Part shown: positions 41,862 through 53,831 of the stretch, piece by piece
Layout of the letters: each line of letters starts with the position of its first letter
Position numbering within the stretch: position 1 is the first letter of the stretch
Origin: Cyanophyceae cyanobacterium
GTDB lineage: Bacteria > Cyanobacteriota > Cyanobacteriia > Cyanobacteriales > Laspinemataceae
Direction: 5' to 3'
Assembly: GCA_038321985.1 (NCBI GenBank)
Contig: JBBQFN010000008.1
Span: 32,001-96,000 of the forward strand
Length of the DNA stretch: 64,000 nt
Made by a program: the position numbers and the translations under genes
The notes under the pieces: generated by a model
Database searches by the model: none
What the model was told of the DNA's origin: nothing
Seen by the model: only the letters and a program-made list of their open reading frames with translations

Positions 41862-42902
41862 GTGCAAGCGATCGGGCAATTTAGGTGCTAAAGGCTAGGA
41901 AGTGGGATAAAACATTCTCCCTAGCTTTTTTTTTGCCTTTTGACGTGAGCAAACACCGCAGATAATCGACCCCCCCCAACCCCGTTGTCAGACTCCCCTC
42001 CCCTCTCCTAATCAAGGGGAAACATTGAAATGCTGCAATATCCCGATTTCCGGATAACTCGATCTATAACGAGTCTAAATTATTTTTGCAAGAAAATTGA
42101 TAGAAAATCTAATTTTAAAAACTCTGCTTTCTCTCTACCCAAGCGTCTGATAGGTTGGTTTGTGTAACCTCAACCTGCATAGTATAGCGGTTTTAGTAAC
42201 AATTGCTCACTGATTTAGATGCGCTATATGTAGGGTAAAAATTACCCAATTTGAAGGGTCTTAATAACGATATTATCTACCCTGGCAGAGGAAATTTTAA
42301 GGGAAGCGGGCTTAAAAGTGTTCCGCTCGGGATTGATAGATGTAGAATGGAAAGTTAAGGGCGAAGTGTCTTTTGAGGGGTGTCCGCAGTAAATCAGTAA
42401 AAACTGTCCTAAATTCCTCAAAGTTTGGCGCTTGGCGGCTGTAGTCCTCGTTTTGGAGGGAAAAGCCAAATACGGTAAACTAAGGGGTTAGGCTGACACC
42501 ACCCATCCGCTTTTGGTGATGTGTGACCTTAGTCCAGGTTTTCGGATAGAGTCCCTCCCACGAATTCGCTTAACTCTTCCCGGGTGTAGAGGTATTCAGC
42601 ATTATCCTGTCTGACGGACAAATGCTACATACCTTTAGGTATTAAGCGGCTGGAGTCCTAAGAATTATGCCCGTAACGTTACATCGGGGGTGACCATCCC
42701 TGTTGTCCGGTCCGGTGGCAGAATTAACTCCGTAGAGCCCGCAGACTTCCCAAAAGCGGCGATCGCGCAGGGGTTCTGTGATGGGGGAAAATTCAAGGTG
42801 GATCGCCAGAGTGGGTTTGCGACTACAAATCAATGTTGGATAGAATTCTACAAGGATAGTATAAGCCTGAGCTGCTCAATTCTGATCAGAATAGACTTAA
42901 AT

Positions 42903-43042
42903 TATAGCGGTTTCCGGACTCATGAGGTACTCATAAAAATCAGTAGCGGAGTGCGAGTATCTTGCTCGCTCTTGAGGATAGCGAGCAAGATGCTCGCACT
43001 CCTAATAACTATCGGTACTTCATAACTCTAGAAAATGCTATA
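42903..43042. mobile_element. 140-bp MITE-like element with an internal REP-like hairpin
   Basis: Imperfect 28-bp terminal inverted repeats TATAGC...GTAC (21/28 match); central GGAGTGCGAGTATCTTGCTCGCT / AGCGAGCAAGATGCTCGCACTCC palindrome. Confidence 0.7.
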
Positions 43043-43134
43043 GAAGGATTCTCTCCAATCCCCAACTTCAATTCCTGTTTCTGTAAATGTTTACTTGATA
43101 TTAATTTCACAAAATTGGCAAGGAGAAGAGAACA

Positions 43135-46100
43135 GTGCTGGGATTCTTCGACAATCTTTTATCGCCTCGTTACTATATTCCACACGGCCATTGTTACCTT
43201 TGGCAAACGCCCCTTGTTGCACTGCATCTAGTTAGCGATGCGCTAATTGCGATCGCGTACTTCTCCATTCCTGCGATGTTAATTTACTTCATTTACAAAC
43301 GCAGAGATATTGCTTTTTCTAGCGTTTTTGCTATGTTTGGAGCATTTATCGTCCTCTGCGGAGTGGGCCATTTATTAGATATTTGGACCCTTTGGCATCC
43401 AGATTATTGGGTTTCGGGTATAGAACGAGCAATCACAGCACTGGTATCTTGCTATACGGCGTTAAGACTGGTGGAACTTCTCCCTCAATTTCTATCCTTG
43501 AGAACCCCAGAACAGCTGGAAGCCGTGAATAAAGAGTTACAGAAACAAGTAGCAGAACGGCAACGAACCGAAAAAATACTCCAGGCTCTCGTGACTGGAA
43601 CTGCATCCGTTACGGGAAAAGATTTTTTTCCGGCCCTGGTTCAAAACTTAGCCAAGGCTTTAAATGTTAAGTATGTTATTGTGTCAGAAAAAAGTCCCAA
43701 TCAAGACCGAACCTTGCAGACGCTTGGATTCTGGTCGGGGGAGAATTTAGGAGATAATTTCAATTACGATTTTAGGGAAAAGCCTTGCAATTTTATTGCT
43801 TATAATCGGGAGTTTGCCTGCTATCCTAATGAGTTACAGAAGCATTTTCCCCAAGACATGATGCTCAAAGAAATAGAGGCAGAAAGCTATTTGGGCGTTT
43901 CTTTATTAGATGCCAATCAACAGGCGATCGGAAACCTTTGTATTCTCGATGTAAAACCGTTAGTGGGGGAAGAGCAAGCCCGAGCCATTATGAGTGTTTT
44001 TGCCGCACGAGCCGCTACGGAACTACAACGCAAATGGGCAGAGGAAGAGAAACGTTGCGCCTATGAAGAATTAGAATTTAGGGTTGAGAAGCGCACCGCA
44101 GAATTGGTGGCAGTCAACTCTACCTTAGAAACCGAAATTCAAGAGCGGATTGATATAGAAGCGGCACTCCGGGTGATGGCTGAACGGGAAAAAACGATTT
44201 CACTCATCATCCAACGGATGCGAGAAAGTTTGAATTTAGACATGATTTTTCAGGCGACAAGCTGTGAACTTCGACAAGCAATTCACTGCGATCGCGTTGT
44301 AATTTATCGCTTTAATCCCGATTGGAGTGGGGTATTAGTCTCCGAGTCCGTCACTGAAGGTTGGGATGTATTACTGCCCGAACAAGCCAATGACCCCATC
44401 TTGACTCAAGTCACTACTGATGCATCCGGTTGTGTCCTGACTGCAATGAATTCCTCTCATATCCACCTCAAAGACACTTACCTGCAAGAACATCAAGGCG
44501 GAATTTATCGTCAAAAGCAGACCTTTTGTTCCGTAGCTGATATTTATAAAGCGGGCTTTACCCCCTGCTATCTGAATTTTTTAACCCAACTAAAGGCAAG
44601 GGCTTATGTCATTGCCCCTATTTTTTCAGGGAATACACTTTGGGGTTTACTGGGAGTTTATGAAAATAGCGGCCCTAGAGACTGGAAAGAGGCTGAAGTA
44701 AAAATTGTCACCCAAATAGGGAATCAACTGGGAGTAGCAGTCCAACAAGCCGAACTTTTTTCCCAAACCCAAAAACAAGCAGAAGAATTGCAGCGTACCG
44801 CTGAGGCAGCCAACGCAGCCAACCGCGCTAAAAGTGAATTTTTAGCGAACATGAGTCACGAACTTAGAACTCCGCTGAATGCAATTTTAGGATTTACTCA
44901 ACTCATGCAAAGAGATATTTCTTTAGCTTCTTTGCATCAAGGATATGTTGATATCATTAATAAAAGTGGAGAGCATCTACTCGCCCTAATTAACGATGTT
45001 CTAGAAATGTCTAAAATTGAAGCTGGACGAGTTACCTTAAACAAGAGTCAATTTGACTTACCGAAGCTGGTGTATAGCTTGGAATCGATGTTACAACTCA
45101 AAGCTAAATCCAAAGGTTTAAGCCTGAAATTTCAGGTGCAATCTACTCTGCCGCAATATATTCACGGGGATGAAAATAAATTGCGGCAAGTGTTGATTAA
45201 TCTGCTCGGAAATGCCATCAAATTTACGGATAGAGGCGGAGTAAACCTCCGGATATCCAACTCACAGTTTAAGCTGGAAACCGATCCAGTTGACCAAGCT
45301 ACTTTACAATTTGAAGTAGAAGATACGGGCCCGGGAATCAGTTCCGAAGAAATCCAAGAACTATTTCAACCATTTCAGCAAACCAGAGTTGGGCGGCAAT
45401 CTCAAGAAGGAACGGGTTTAGGACTCAGAATTTCTCAAAAATTTGTGCAATTAATGGGAGGAAAAATTACCGTTACGAGTACCGTGGGCAAAGGCAGTTG
45501 CTTTAGATTTGATATCCCCATCGGTGTAGCTCAAAGCAATTCTGTTTATATCTCCTGTGATCTCAACGGTGCGCTTCGGTTGGCACCGGGACAACCCAGT
45601 TATCGAATTTTAGTGGTTGAAGATAACCCGATTAACCGATTACTATTAGTCACATTATTGAATGACCTAGGCGTTGAAATTCAGGAAGCGGAAAATGGTC
45701 AAGTGGCGATCGCCACTTGGAAACAGTGGCATCCCCACCTCATTTTTATGGATATGCATATGCCAACCATGAATGGATATGAGGCAACCCGACGCATTAA
45801 ACAATTCCAAGCTACCCCAAGCGAATCGACGAGTGATTTACCCCCGGTTCCTCCGATCATCGCAATTACCGCGAGTGCCTTTTCAGAAAATCGAGAAGAA
45901 TGTTTACAAGTTGGATGCGATGATTTCGTCAGTAAGCCCTTTCGTCGGGAAGAAATTTTGGCTACCCTCACGAAGTATTTAGGAGCACAATATTCCTATC
46001 AGGAAGTGATTATTAATGCCACTTCTTCCCCCTCTCCTCATAGAGAACTCGATTGCCCACTGGATGCAGATGCACTCAATTTTATGCCCGTAGATTGGGT

Positions 46101-46278
46101 CCAGCAATTTTACAATGCCGTTGCTCAAGGCAGCGATACTCTAGCATTAGAACTCGTCAATGAAATTCCCGCTCAACGCTCTGAGCTGATTGTAACCTTA
46201 ACCCATCTCTTAGAAAACTACCAATTTGATCGGTTAATAGAGCTGGTGCAACCTGAATCTCGGACCCTCTATACTTAA
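43135..46278 (+). CDS. Hybrid histidine kinase: ETR1-like ethylene-binding TM domain, GAF, cyanobacteriochrome-type GAF, HisKA/HATPase, REC
   Basis: SDALIAIAYFSIP...FIVLCGVGH; DRVVIYRF...DTYLQE...CYL; FLANMSHELRTPL; GTGLGL; IFMDMHMP. Confidence 0.9.
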   Translation: MLGFFDNLLSPRYYIPHGHCYLWQTPLVALHLVSDALIAIAYFSIPAMLIYFIYKRRDIAFSSVFAMFGAFIVLCGVGHLLDIWTLWHPDYWVSGIERAITALVSCYTALRLVELLPQFLSLRTPEQLEAVNKELQKQVAERQRTEKILQALVTGTASVTGKDFFPALVQNLAKALNVKYVIVSEKSPNQDRTLQTLGFWSGENLGDNFNYDFREKPCNFIAYNREFACYPNELQKHFPQDMMLKEIEAESYLGVSLLDANQQAIGNLCILDVKPLVGEEQARAIMSVFAARAATELQRKWAEEEKRCAYEELEFRVEKRTAELVAVNSTLETEIQERIDIEAALRVMAEREKTISLIIQRMRESLNLDMIFQATSCELRQAIHCDRVVIYRFNPDWSGVLVSESVTEGWDVLLPEQANDPILTQVTTDASGCVLTAMNSSHIHLKDTYLQEHQGGIYRQKQTFCSVADIYKAGFTPCYLNFLTQLKARAYVIAPIFSGNTLWGLLGVYENSGPRDWKEAEVKIVTQIGNQLGVAVQQAELFSQTQKQAEELQRTAEAANAANRAKSEFLANMSHELRTPLNAILGFTQLMQRDISLASLHQGYVDIINKSGEHLLALINDVLEMSKIEAGRVTLNKSQFDLPKLVYSLESMLQLKAKSKGLSLKFQVQSTLPQYIHGDENKLRQVLINLLGNAIKFTDRGGVNLRISNSQFKLETDPVDQATLQFEVEDTGPGISSEEIQELFQPFQQTRVGRQSQEGTGLGLRISQKFVQLMGGKITVTSTVGKGSCFRFDIPIGVAQSNSVYISCDLNGALRLAPGQPSYRILVVEDNPINRLLLVTLLNDLGVEIQEAENGQVAIATWKQWHPHLIFMDMHMPTMNGYEATRRIKQFQATPSESTSDLPPVPPIIAITASAFSENREECLQVGCDDFVSKPFRREEILATLTKYLGAQYSYQEVIINATSSPSPHRELDCPLDADALNFMPVDWVQQFYNAVAQGSDTLALELVNEIPAQRSELIVTLTHLLENYQFDRLIELVQPESRTLYT

Positions 46279-46280
46279 AC

Positions 46281-46724
46281 ATGATGGTAAATGAATCCCC
46301 AACCCCTAACCCAACAATAGAAAATCCCGTCGATATTTTAATTGTGGATGATATTCCTGACAACATCCGGCTGCTCTCACGAATTTTAGTAAAACGGGGA
46401 TATCATACCCGAAAAGCCATCAATGGTCTAATGGCACTTACGGCGATTGAATCTTCTAAACCGAACCTAATTCTGTTAGATGTTCAAATGCCAGAAATGA
46501 ACGGTTATGAACTTTGTGAAGTGATTAAATCCAATCCAGAAACTGCTGATATTCCCATCATCTTTTTAAGCGCAAATAATGATAGTTCAGCTAAACAAAA
46601 AGCGCTAAAATTAGGAGGAGCCGCTTATCTTACTAAGCCTTTTAATATAGAAGAATTGGTGCGATGTATTCAAAAGCAGATAGAACTTCTCTCTATTGAG
46701 CCAATTAATCAAATGACTCCGTAA
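46281..46724 (+). CDS. Single-domain response regulator
   Basis: ILIVDD, LLDVQMPEMNG and YLTKPF motifs; starts 2 nt after the kinase stop. Confidence 0.93.
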   Translation: MMVNESPTPNPTIENPVDILIVDDIPDNIRLLSRILVKRGYHTRKAINGLMALTAIESSKPNLILLDVQMPEMNGYELCEVIKSNPETADIPIIFLSANNDSSAKQKALKLGGAAYLTKPFNIEELVRCIQKQIELLSIEPINQMTP

Positions 46725-47044
46725 AGTTTTATCAAGCCTTGACGAACCGTCGCCGACATTGGGAAGATAAAATTAAACCCCCTAGAATTATCCACCTTTC
46801 CCGGTAAAAGGGAAGCCACTAAAACTGTCTACGAACGCTTAAAACCGGGGGAGCATTTCCTTTAAACGCAGAGCCGATAAAAGCCAAAGGCAGAGGCCAA
46901 TCGATGACTTATGAGTTGAGCAGCTAAGGGCAAGCCCGCACAGATAGGAAAGCTCAGGAAAGGGGGGAAGAAGGAGAAACCAGAGCAAGTCATGATTAAG
47001 AAGGGCTTGCGATCTGTACCCTCCTCCCCCTCTTCCCAATTTAC

Positions 47045-50000
47045 CTAAGCCTTTACAGGCACCTTCTCAACCATTGCTCCCGTGGATGCCTCTGGGCTAT
47101 CTGCTTCCGATGGTGGGACAACTTGCCAGAACTTCGGTAAATACTCCGTCCAGTTGTCCAAAATCCGAGAAGCCTTCTGGCTGCCTGTGTGTTCGCGGTG
47201 CATTTGAATCAGGTCCTTCAACTGGGCCTCACCTGCTGGGGTGAGGACCCGCTGCACGTTGACAATCTCCCGATTCACCAACTCCTCAAAACTGCCCTCT
47301 TCATCGAGGAAATAGGCTAATCCCCCAGTCATCCCGGCCCCAACATTGCGGCCCGTTTTGCCCAAGACAACGATAACGCCCCCGGTCATGTACTCACAGG
47401 CATGGTCCCCGGCCCCTTCAATGACGGCCTTAGCCATTGAATTTCGCACCGCAAACCGTTGTCCGGCTTGACCCCGTGCGAGCAGAAATCCTCCAGTGGC
47501 TCCATAGAGGCAGGTATTCCCGACGATCGCATTTTCCCCCGGGTCATAAGTCGCGCCCTCGGGTGGCACGACTACTAAAATACCCCCGGTCATGCCCTTA
47601 CCTACATAATCGTTTGCTTCCCCTTCCAAGCGCAGGGTGACCCCGGAAACATTAAATGCCCCAAAGCTTTGTCCCGCAGCCCCTTGAAACGTCAGACGAA
47701 TCTGGCCGCCAAACCCATTATTTCCGTAGGTAGAGGCAATTTCCCCGGCTAGACGCGCCCCCACTGAGCGGTCTGTATTCACAATCGGCATAGTCTTTTC
47801 GACCTGGGATTGAGTCGCGATCGCCTTCGTAATCTGAGCATCTGCCAGTAAATCATCCTCCAAAACCGGCCCATTGCTATGCACGGGTCCATGATTTAAC
47901 CAACTGCGATCGCCTCGGGTATCCGGCAACAGCTTCGTAATTACATCCAAACTCAGCCCCTGAGTCTTGGTCAACTGCACCGATTCCCGCACTTTGAGCA
48001 AATCTCCGCGTCCAATCACCTCGGCTACAGACCGATATCCCAACATTGCCAACAATTGCCGGACTTCTTCCCCTACAAAATAGAAGAAATTCACCACGTG
48101 CTCCGGGATGCCGGTAAACCGCGCCCGCAACTTCTCCTGCTGCGTCGCGACCCCGACAGGACAGTTGTTCGTATGACAAATCCGGGCCATGATGCAGCCT
48201 TCGGCAATCATTGCAATACTGCCAAAGCCAAACTCTTCGGCCCCCATCAAAGCCGCAATCAGGACATCCCAGCCACTTTTTAACCCGCCATCGGTCCGCA
48301 GCACCACGCGATCGCGCAGTCCATTGCTCATCAAAACCCGCTGCACTTCCGCTAAACCCAACTCCCACGGGGTCCCGGCGTGTTTAATCGAACTTAACGG
48401 GGAAGCACCTGTACCGCCGTCATGTCCGGAAATCTGGATAATATCGGCATTGGCTTTAGCCACCCCAGCGGCGATCGTGCCAATACCAATTTCCGAGACC
48501 AACTTCACCGAAACCCCCGCCTTCGGATTGATTTGGTGCAGGTCAAAAATTAACTGGGCCAAATCCTCAATACTGTAGATATCGTGGTGCGGTGGCGGCG
48601 AAATCAGGGGAACTCCAGCCTTGGACCGACGCAACATGGCAATATAGGGACTGACTTTTTTCCCGGGCAACTGTCCCCCTTCTCCGGGTTTAGCCCCTTG
48701 CGCCATTTTAATTTCGATTTGCTTGGCACTCATCAGGTACTCGGGAGTCACTCCAAAGCGACCAGAGGCGACCTGTTTAATTGCCGAAGAAGCCGTATCC
48801 CCATTTTGCAAACCGTTCAGATGGGGTAAGGATGGCGAGTGTCCTTGGTCATCCACATCAGCCAACACCCCAAACCGCACAGGGTCTTCGCCGCCTTCCC
48901 CGGAATTAGACTTACCCCCAATCCGGTTCATAGCGACTGCCAGCACCTCATGAGCCTCCCGAGAGAGTGCCCCGAGGGACATTCCGCCGGTGCAGAACCG
49001 TTTGAGAATTTCTGCCACGGGTTCGACTTCATCAATGGAAATAGAAGGGCGATCGCTCTGGAAATCCAACAAATCCCGCAATGCCGTCGGCGGACGTTCG
49101 GCTAAATATTGTTTATAGAGTTGATAATGCTCATACCCTCCCCCCGAACCTTTGGTATCGGCGACGGCTTTATGCAGCGCCTTCGACATTTCCGGGGAAT
49201 TCATGTGATATTCACCGCCGGGGCGATATTGCACAAACCCTTCATTTTGCAATTTCTTACCCACCGGTTGGGGGAATGCCTTATCGTGAAATGCCCCCAA
49301 TTCTGAACCTAACTCAGCGACACTCAACCCCCCAATCTGAGAGGCAGTCCCGACAAAGGCCAAATCCAGCAACTCCCGCCCAATTCCAATTGCCTCAAAA
49401 ATTTGAGCGCCGTGATAACTCGACAGCAGGGAAATCCCCATTTTGGAGAGAATCTTCAACAGTCCCGCCTCAATCGCATGACGGTAATTTTCCTGGGACT
49501 GCTCCAGGGTCACCTCGGGCAACTTACCCCGTTCCATCAATTTCTGAGTTTTGCCGTCTTGATGCCAGTGGCGCACCGCCTCTAACGCCAAATACGGACA
49601 AACTGCCGACGCCCCATATCCAATCAAACAAGCAAAATGATGGGTACTCCAACACTGGGCCGTATTCACGACCAAAGAAGCATGGCAGCGCAATCCCACC
49701 CGAATCAGGGCATGATGAACCGCCCCAACCGCCACTAAAGGGGGAATATAAGTCCGGTCTGGGTTGGGTCCGTGAGCATCACTCAGAATCAGAATATTCG
49801 CACCGTTTCGCACCGCTTCTGCCGCTTGATTGCACAGATGTTCCACTGCTGCACCCAACTCTCCGGGGTTGGTGCTCACGGGAAATAAAGTGGAGAGAGT
49901 AACCGTATGAGGGCGGGATTCAAGCTGACGTAAATCCGCCTCATTCAGCACCGGAGAATCAATTTCTAGCTGTCCGGCAAACTCCGGCTTGACTTCCAGA

Positions 50001-51745
50001 AGATTTCCCCGGACTCCCAAGTGCATCCGCAGGGACATCACCAGACTTTCTCGCAACGGGTCAATCGGGGGATTCGTGACTTGGGCAAACCGTTGTTTGA
50101 AATAGTCGTAAAGCAGCCGGGGTTTTTGAGACAGGATTGCCAGGGGGATATCGTCTCCCATACAGAAAGTTGGTTCTTTCCCCATTGCTGCCATTTCTTC
50201 TACAATCATTTCCACATCTTCGCTGGTGTAGCCGAAGGCGGTTTGCGAGGAAAGTAGTTGTTCGGGCGTGAGTTGAGGGGCCGTCAGTGGGGTTTGGCGA
50301 TGGAGGTGTTCTTGATGTTGAGCCAACCATTCACCGTAGGGGTGAGCTTGAGCAATCCGTTCTTTGACTTCCCAGTTTTTGAGGACTTCATGGGTAGTCA
50401 GGTCTACCACGAGGGTTTGACCGGGACCGAGACGACCTTTTTCGATAATGTCGGCTTCTGGGATATTGACCACACCTGCTTCAGAGGCGACCATGACTAA
50501 GCCATCGCGGGCGATCGCATAGCGGGCGGGGCGTAAACCGTTGCGATCGAGGGTTGCCCCTACTTGTTGACCATCGCTATAGGCAATCAGTGCCGGACCA
50601 TCCCAGGGTTCCTGAATGCCGCTGTAGTATTCATAGAAATCCACAATAGACTGACGATTCTTCAGTTCCGGCTGATTTCGATAGGCTTCCGGGACCATAA
50701 TCATCAGAGCTTCACTGGCTCCAAAACCCGAGCGCACCAGCAGTTCCATGACATTATCCAAGTTTGCCGAGTCGCTATTGTCTGGGTTGACCAGGGGTTT
50801 AAGTTGTTCAATCTTCTCGCCCCACAGCGGCGACTGTAAATCCACCTGCCGCGCCATCATCCAGTTAATATTGCCCAACAGGGTATTAATTTCGCCATTG
50901 TGGCCCAACAACCGCATCGGCTGCGCTAAGGGCCATCGGGGGAGGGTGTTTGTACTAAACCGACGATGATAGACTGCAAAGGCGCTGGTGTAGGACTCAT
51001 CCAGCAGGTCCAGGTAAAAATCAGCCAGGACCGCAGAACGGACCATGCCTTTATAGACAATCGTCCGCTGGGAGAAGGAGCAGATATAAAAATCTTGTCC
51101 CCAAATGATTGCCGGGTGGTTGCTTTGGCTGTTGACCGGAGCCTTGAGCGCTGACCCGATGGCGCGGCGGGTCAGGTAGAGATGTCGTTCCAACTCATCC
51201 CCCGTCTTGTCCGAAGAATGAACAAAAACTTGCTCAATATGAGGCTGGTTTTCTCGCGCTTGCACCCCCAGGACTTCCGGACGCACGGGGACCTTTCGCC
51301 ATCCCAACAGTTGCAAATTATAAGTGGCGATCGTCTCTTCTACAATCTGACGCGCCACCTGTTGCGACACCGGGTCCTGGGAGAAAAACACCATCCCCAC
51401 CCCAATCGATTCCCGGGGAATGGGGTTTGGGCTATGCTCTAGTAACCAAGGCGCAAAGAGTTCCCACGGAATAGCCGTCATCAGTCCGGCCCCATCTCCC
51501 GAATCCCGGTCAGCGGAACAACCCCCGCGATGTTCCAGACAGGTCAGGGCATTGAGTGCCATTGAGACAATGGACCGGCTGGGAACGTTTTGGGGATTGG
51601 CGATATAGCCGACTCCACAGGCGTCTCGTTCTTCAACTAACCAAGGTTGACCTAGGTACCCGAACTCTTGAATGCTATTTGATGAAGTATTGGATACAGA
51701 GGCGAACTCATTGATGCCGTTCGATTGAGTGTTTTTGTTGGGCAT
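47045..51745 (-). CDS. glsF: Ferredoxin-dependent glutamate synthase (GOGAT large subunit)
   Basis: ERDACGVG N-terminal Cys, [16 protein letters not shown] and [15 protein letters not shown] motifs; no gltD small subunit adjacent. Confidence 0.93.
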   Translation of the reverse strand: MPNKNTQSNGINEFASVSNTSSNSIQEFGYLGQPWLVEERDACGVGYIANPQNVPSRSIVSMALNALTCLEHRGGCSADRDSGDGAGLMTAIPWELFAPWLLEHSPNPIPRESIGVGMVFFSQDPVSQQVARQIVEETIATYNLQLLGWRKVPVRPEVLGVQARENQPHIEQVFVHSSDKTGDELERHLYLTRRAIGSALKAPVNSQSNHPAIIWGQDFYICSFSQRTIVYKGMVRSAVLADFYLDLLDESYTSAFAVYHRRFSTNTLPRWPLAQPMRLLGHNGEINTLLGNINWMMARQVDLQSPLWGEKIEQLKPLVNPDNSDSANLDNVMELLVRSGFGASEALMIMVPEAYRNQPELKNRQSIVDFYEYYSGIQEPWDGPALIAYSDGQQVGATLDRNGLRPARYAIARDGLVMVASEAGVVNIPEADIIEKGRLGPGQTLVVDLTTHEVLKNWEVKERIAQAHPYGEWLAQHQEHLHRQTPLTAPQLTPEQLLSSQTAFGYTSEDVEMIVEEMAAMGKEPTFCMGDDIPLAILSQKPRLLYDYFKQRFAQVTNPPIDPLRESLVMSLRMHLGVRGNLLEVKPEFAGQLEIDSPVLNEADLRQLESRPHTVTLSTLFPVSTNPGELGAAVEHLCNQAAEAVRNGANILILSDAHGPNPDRTYIPPLVAVGAVHHALIRVGLRCHASLVVNTAQCWSTHHFACLIGYGASAVCPYLALEAVRHWHQDGKTQKLMERGKLPEVTLEQSQENYRHAIEAGLLKILSKMGISLLSSYHGAQIFEAIGIGRELLDLAFVGTASQIGGLSVAELGSELGAFHDKAFPQPVGKKLQNEGFVQYRPGGEYHMNSPEMSKALHKAVADTKGSGGGYEHYQLYKQYLAERPPTALRDLLDFQSDRPSISIDEVEPVAEILKRFCTGGMSLGALSREAHEVLAVAMNRIGGKSNSGEGGEDPVRFGVLADVDDQGHSPSLPHLNGLQNGDTASSAIKQVASGRFGVTPEYLMSAKQIEIKMAQGAKPGEGGQLPGKKVSPYIAMLRRSKAGVPLISPPPHHDIYSIEDLAQLIFDLHQINPKAGVSVKLVSEIGIGTIAAGVAKANADIIQISGHDGGTGASPLSSIKHAGTPWELGLAEVQRVLMSNGLRDRVVLRTDGGLKSGWDVLIAALMGAEEFGFGSIAMIAEGCIMARICHTNNCPVGVATQQEKLRARFTGIPEHVVNFFYFVGEEVRQLLAMLGYRSVAEVIGRGDLLKVRESVQLTKTQGLSLDVITKLLPDTRGDRSWLNHGPVHSNGPVLEDDLLADAQITKAIATQSQVEKTMPIVNTDRSVGARLAGEIASTYGNNGFGGQIRLTFQGAAGQSFGAFNVSGVTLRLEGEANDYVGKGMTGGILVVVPPEGATYDPGENAIVGNTCLYGATGGFLLARGQAGQRFAVRNSMAKAVIEGAGDHACEYMTGGVIVVLGKTGRNVGAGMTGGLAYFLDEEGSFEELVNREIVNVQRVLTPAGEAQLKDLIQMHREHTGSQKASRILDNWTEYLPKFWQVVPPSEADSPEASTGAMVEKVPVKA

Positions 51746-52710
51746 TGTTTTTGGGGTAGATGATGGAGTGGGAATTTTAGATTTTAGGTTTTAGAGTTTA
51801 AAGGGTTAAAGCCGTCAGCTTTTAATCATAAATTTATTTTTTATACGGGTTCTGTAATTTTGGGAGGGAAACAATCCGCTGTTAGTCCAGCGCGATCGCC
51901 CACGTTTGCTGTACCTTTGCTGTACCTTCACTCCATCACTGGCGCTCTTGCATATTGAGAGTCTTGTTAATTAATTTTAGAAGGTTTTCTGGCAATTTTT
52001 AATTCCGGTTTGACTTGAGCATTTTTTTGAAGGATGCCTCTAAATCTCCCTTAAAATGGAGGTCTTTCTAGGTTCCCCTTGTTGAGAACCCTTTACCCTC
52101 TTGCTTAATTTCGCGATGGCAGCCCCCTTAAAAACACAGGGGCCAGAGAAGGTAATATCAGATCAAAGGGAGTTACGGATAGCTTAAAGCGATGGGTACG
52201 GATTAAAAATCATATAGAAATAACGTTGCTCTGACAATCCCCGGGTTTAAGATTTTGCAACGGGTGAACAGCAGGGGGTTCGATGGGACTTAAAGGCGGT
52301 GCGGTGCCGGTGTATTGGGCTGAGGTGACTGTCGCTTAGACATTGAGCGCCCGGTTCAAAATTTAAAGAGGGAGAAAGTCCGGAGAGTTAGAAATTAAAG
52401 ATTCAATGTAGATTGGGCCAATCTATCTGCCGGACGACTGACAAGGACTTTCTGGCTTGTTATGGTGGAGTTATAGAGGGTTCGGGAAGGCCCTGGGTTC
52501 TGTACCGGGATTAAATTCCTTATTTTAATTAATTTTTGCTCTCCAGGGGAAATATATCTTTAGAAGTAGACCCGAGCGCATCCTGGGCTGCTCAAGGTTA
52601 GAAAATTTCTCGGTGTGCAGATGAACCCAAATTAAGCCGAACGGCGATCGCCAGAATGGACCTGATGCGGCTTGCCCACTCTCAAACCAATTATGATGGA
52701 GACTCAAACA

Positions 52711-53124
52711 ATGGCTAATGCTCAAGAAATTCTTCCCCTGCGGGCAACCTCTGTTTCCTCGGCAGCCTCTACAATGGTTGCCGCGACCGAACTGCGCCCT
52801 TGGGGTTCGTTCACGGTTTTAGAAGATGCTAAGGGATATAAAATCAAGCGGATCGAAGTCAAACCCGGTCACCGCCTCAGCTTGCAAATGCACCACCATC
52901 GTAGCGAACATTGGATCGTTGTTTGTGGGACCGCCCGGGTGGTTTGCGGAGACCAAGAACTAATGCTGACCAGCAATCAGTCTACTTATGTGCCCCAATG
53001 TACCAATCATCGCCTAGAAAATCCTGGGGTAATTCCTTTGATTTTGATTGAGGTTCAAAATGGGGAATATTTGGGTGAAGATGATATCGTGCGTTTCCAA
53101 GATGACTACGCCCGGGCAAAATAG
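52711..53124 (+). CDS. Mannose-6-phosphate isomerase type II C-terminal cupin protein
   Basis: RPWGSF, LSLQMHHHRSEHW, HRLENPG and GEYLGEDDIVRF motifs; start uncertain. Confidence 0.92.
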   Translation: MANAQEILPLRATSVSSAASTMVAATELRPWGSFTVLEDAKGYKIKRIEVKPGHRLSLQMHHHRSEHWIVVCGTARVVCGDQELMLTSNQSTYVPQCTNHRLENPGVIPLILIEVQNGEYLGEDDIVRFQDDYARAK

Positions 53125-53316
53125 CTGTAAAAACTTCGCCTTTTGATGGGGTGGGGACTGGGTTGGGATTTTTATAAAAATTAAGACTGAAATCGCCCTT
53201 TACGCAGGTAGGGGGCGATTTTTGCGGGTAAATTAAAAAGCATTCACCTGTACGTTTGAGTCACGATCGCGGTAAAATTGCGATCGCTGATAACGAAACC
53301 CAATCTCCACCCATTC

Positions 53317-53661
53317 ATGATTCAGCTGAGTAAAGCAGCCGTTACCGAAATTAAACGCATCCAGTCCAAGCAGTCTAACCCAAATGTCTGGTTTCGTCTC
53401 GGGGTTGAAACGGGGGGTTGTGCGGGGTGGTACTATACGATGGAGTTTGACGAACAGTGCAACCCCGATGATCTCATCTGTGAGTGCGATGGCGTTCAAG
53501 TGACGGTCGATAGCCGCATCCTCGACGACTATCTCAACGGCCTGACTCTAGATTACTCGCAAGATTTGATGGGAGGGGGGTTCCGCTTCCACAACCCCAA
53601 GGCTGCAAAGACTTGTGGCTGTGGTAATTCCTTCTCTATAATTGAGTCCTCGACACCCTAG
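53317..53661 (+). CDS. Fe-S cluster assembly accessory protein (IscA/HesB family)
   Basis: GGCAG and TCGCGNSF motifs; start inferred at MIQLSKAA. Confidence 0.93.
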   Translation: MIQLSKAAVTEIKRIQSKQSNPNVWFRLGVETGGCAGWYYTMEFDEQCNPDDLICECDGVQVTVDSRILDDYLNGLTLDYSQDLMGGGFRFHNPKAAKTCGCGNSFSIIESSTP

Positions 53662-53831
53662 GAACCCGCTGGGGTGAACCCTTCAATCTTTGATGGTCCT
53701 GAGTGGGATTTTTATCCCCTACTATTTTTGATTGTTTTTCTGCCCTAAAAATTGACAGGGGCTACCAGGGTAAGATATAATTGTAGATTGTTGTCAACTT
53801 GATCCTTGAAAACCTGAATACCCCATAACTC

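Noticed and set aside
47437..51608. Many plus-strand ORFs, including the 273-aa 49081-49902
   Set aside because: They are antisense shadows of the glutamate synthase gene with no recognisable motifs; the same applies to shadows over secA, fusA and tuf.
51911..51925. NtcA box upstream of glutamate synthase (GTA...TAC)
   Set aside because: The spacing is N9 rather than N8 and arises from a local tandem duplication.
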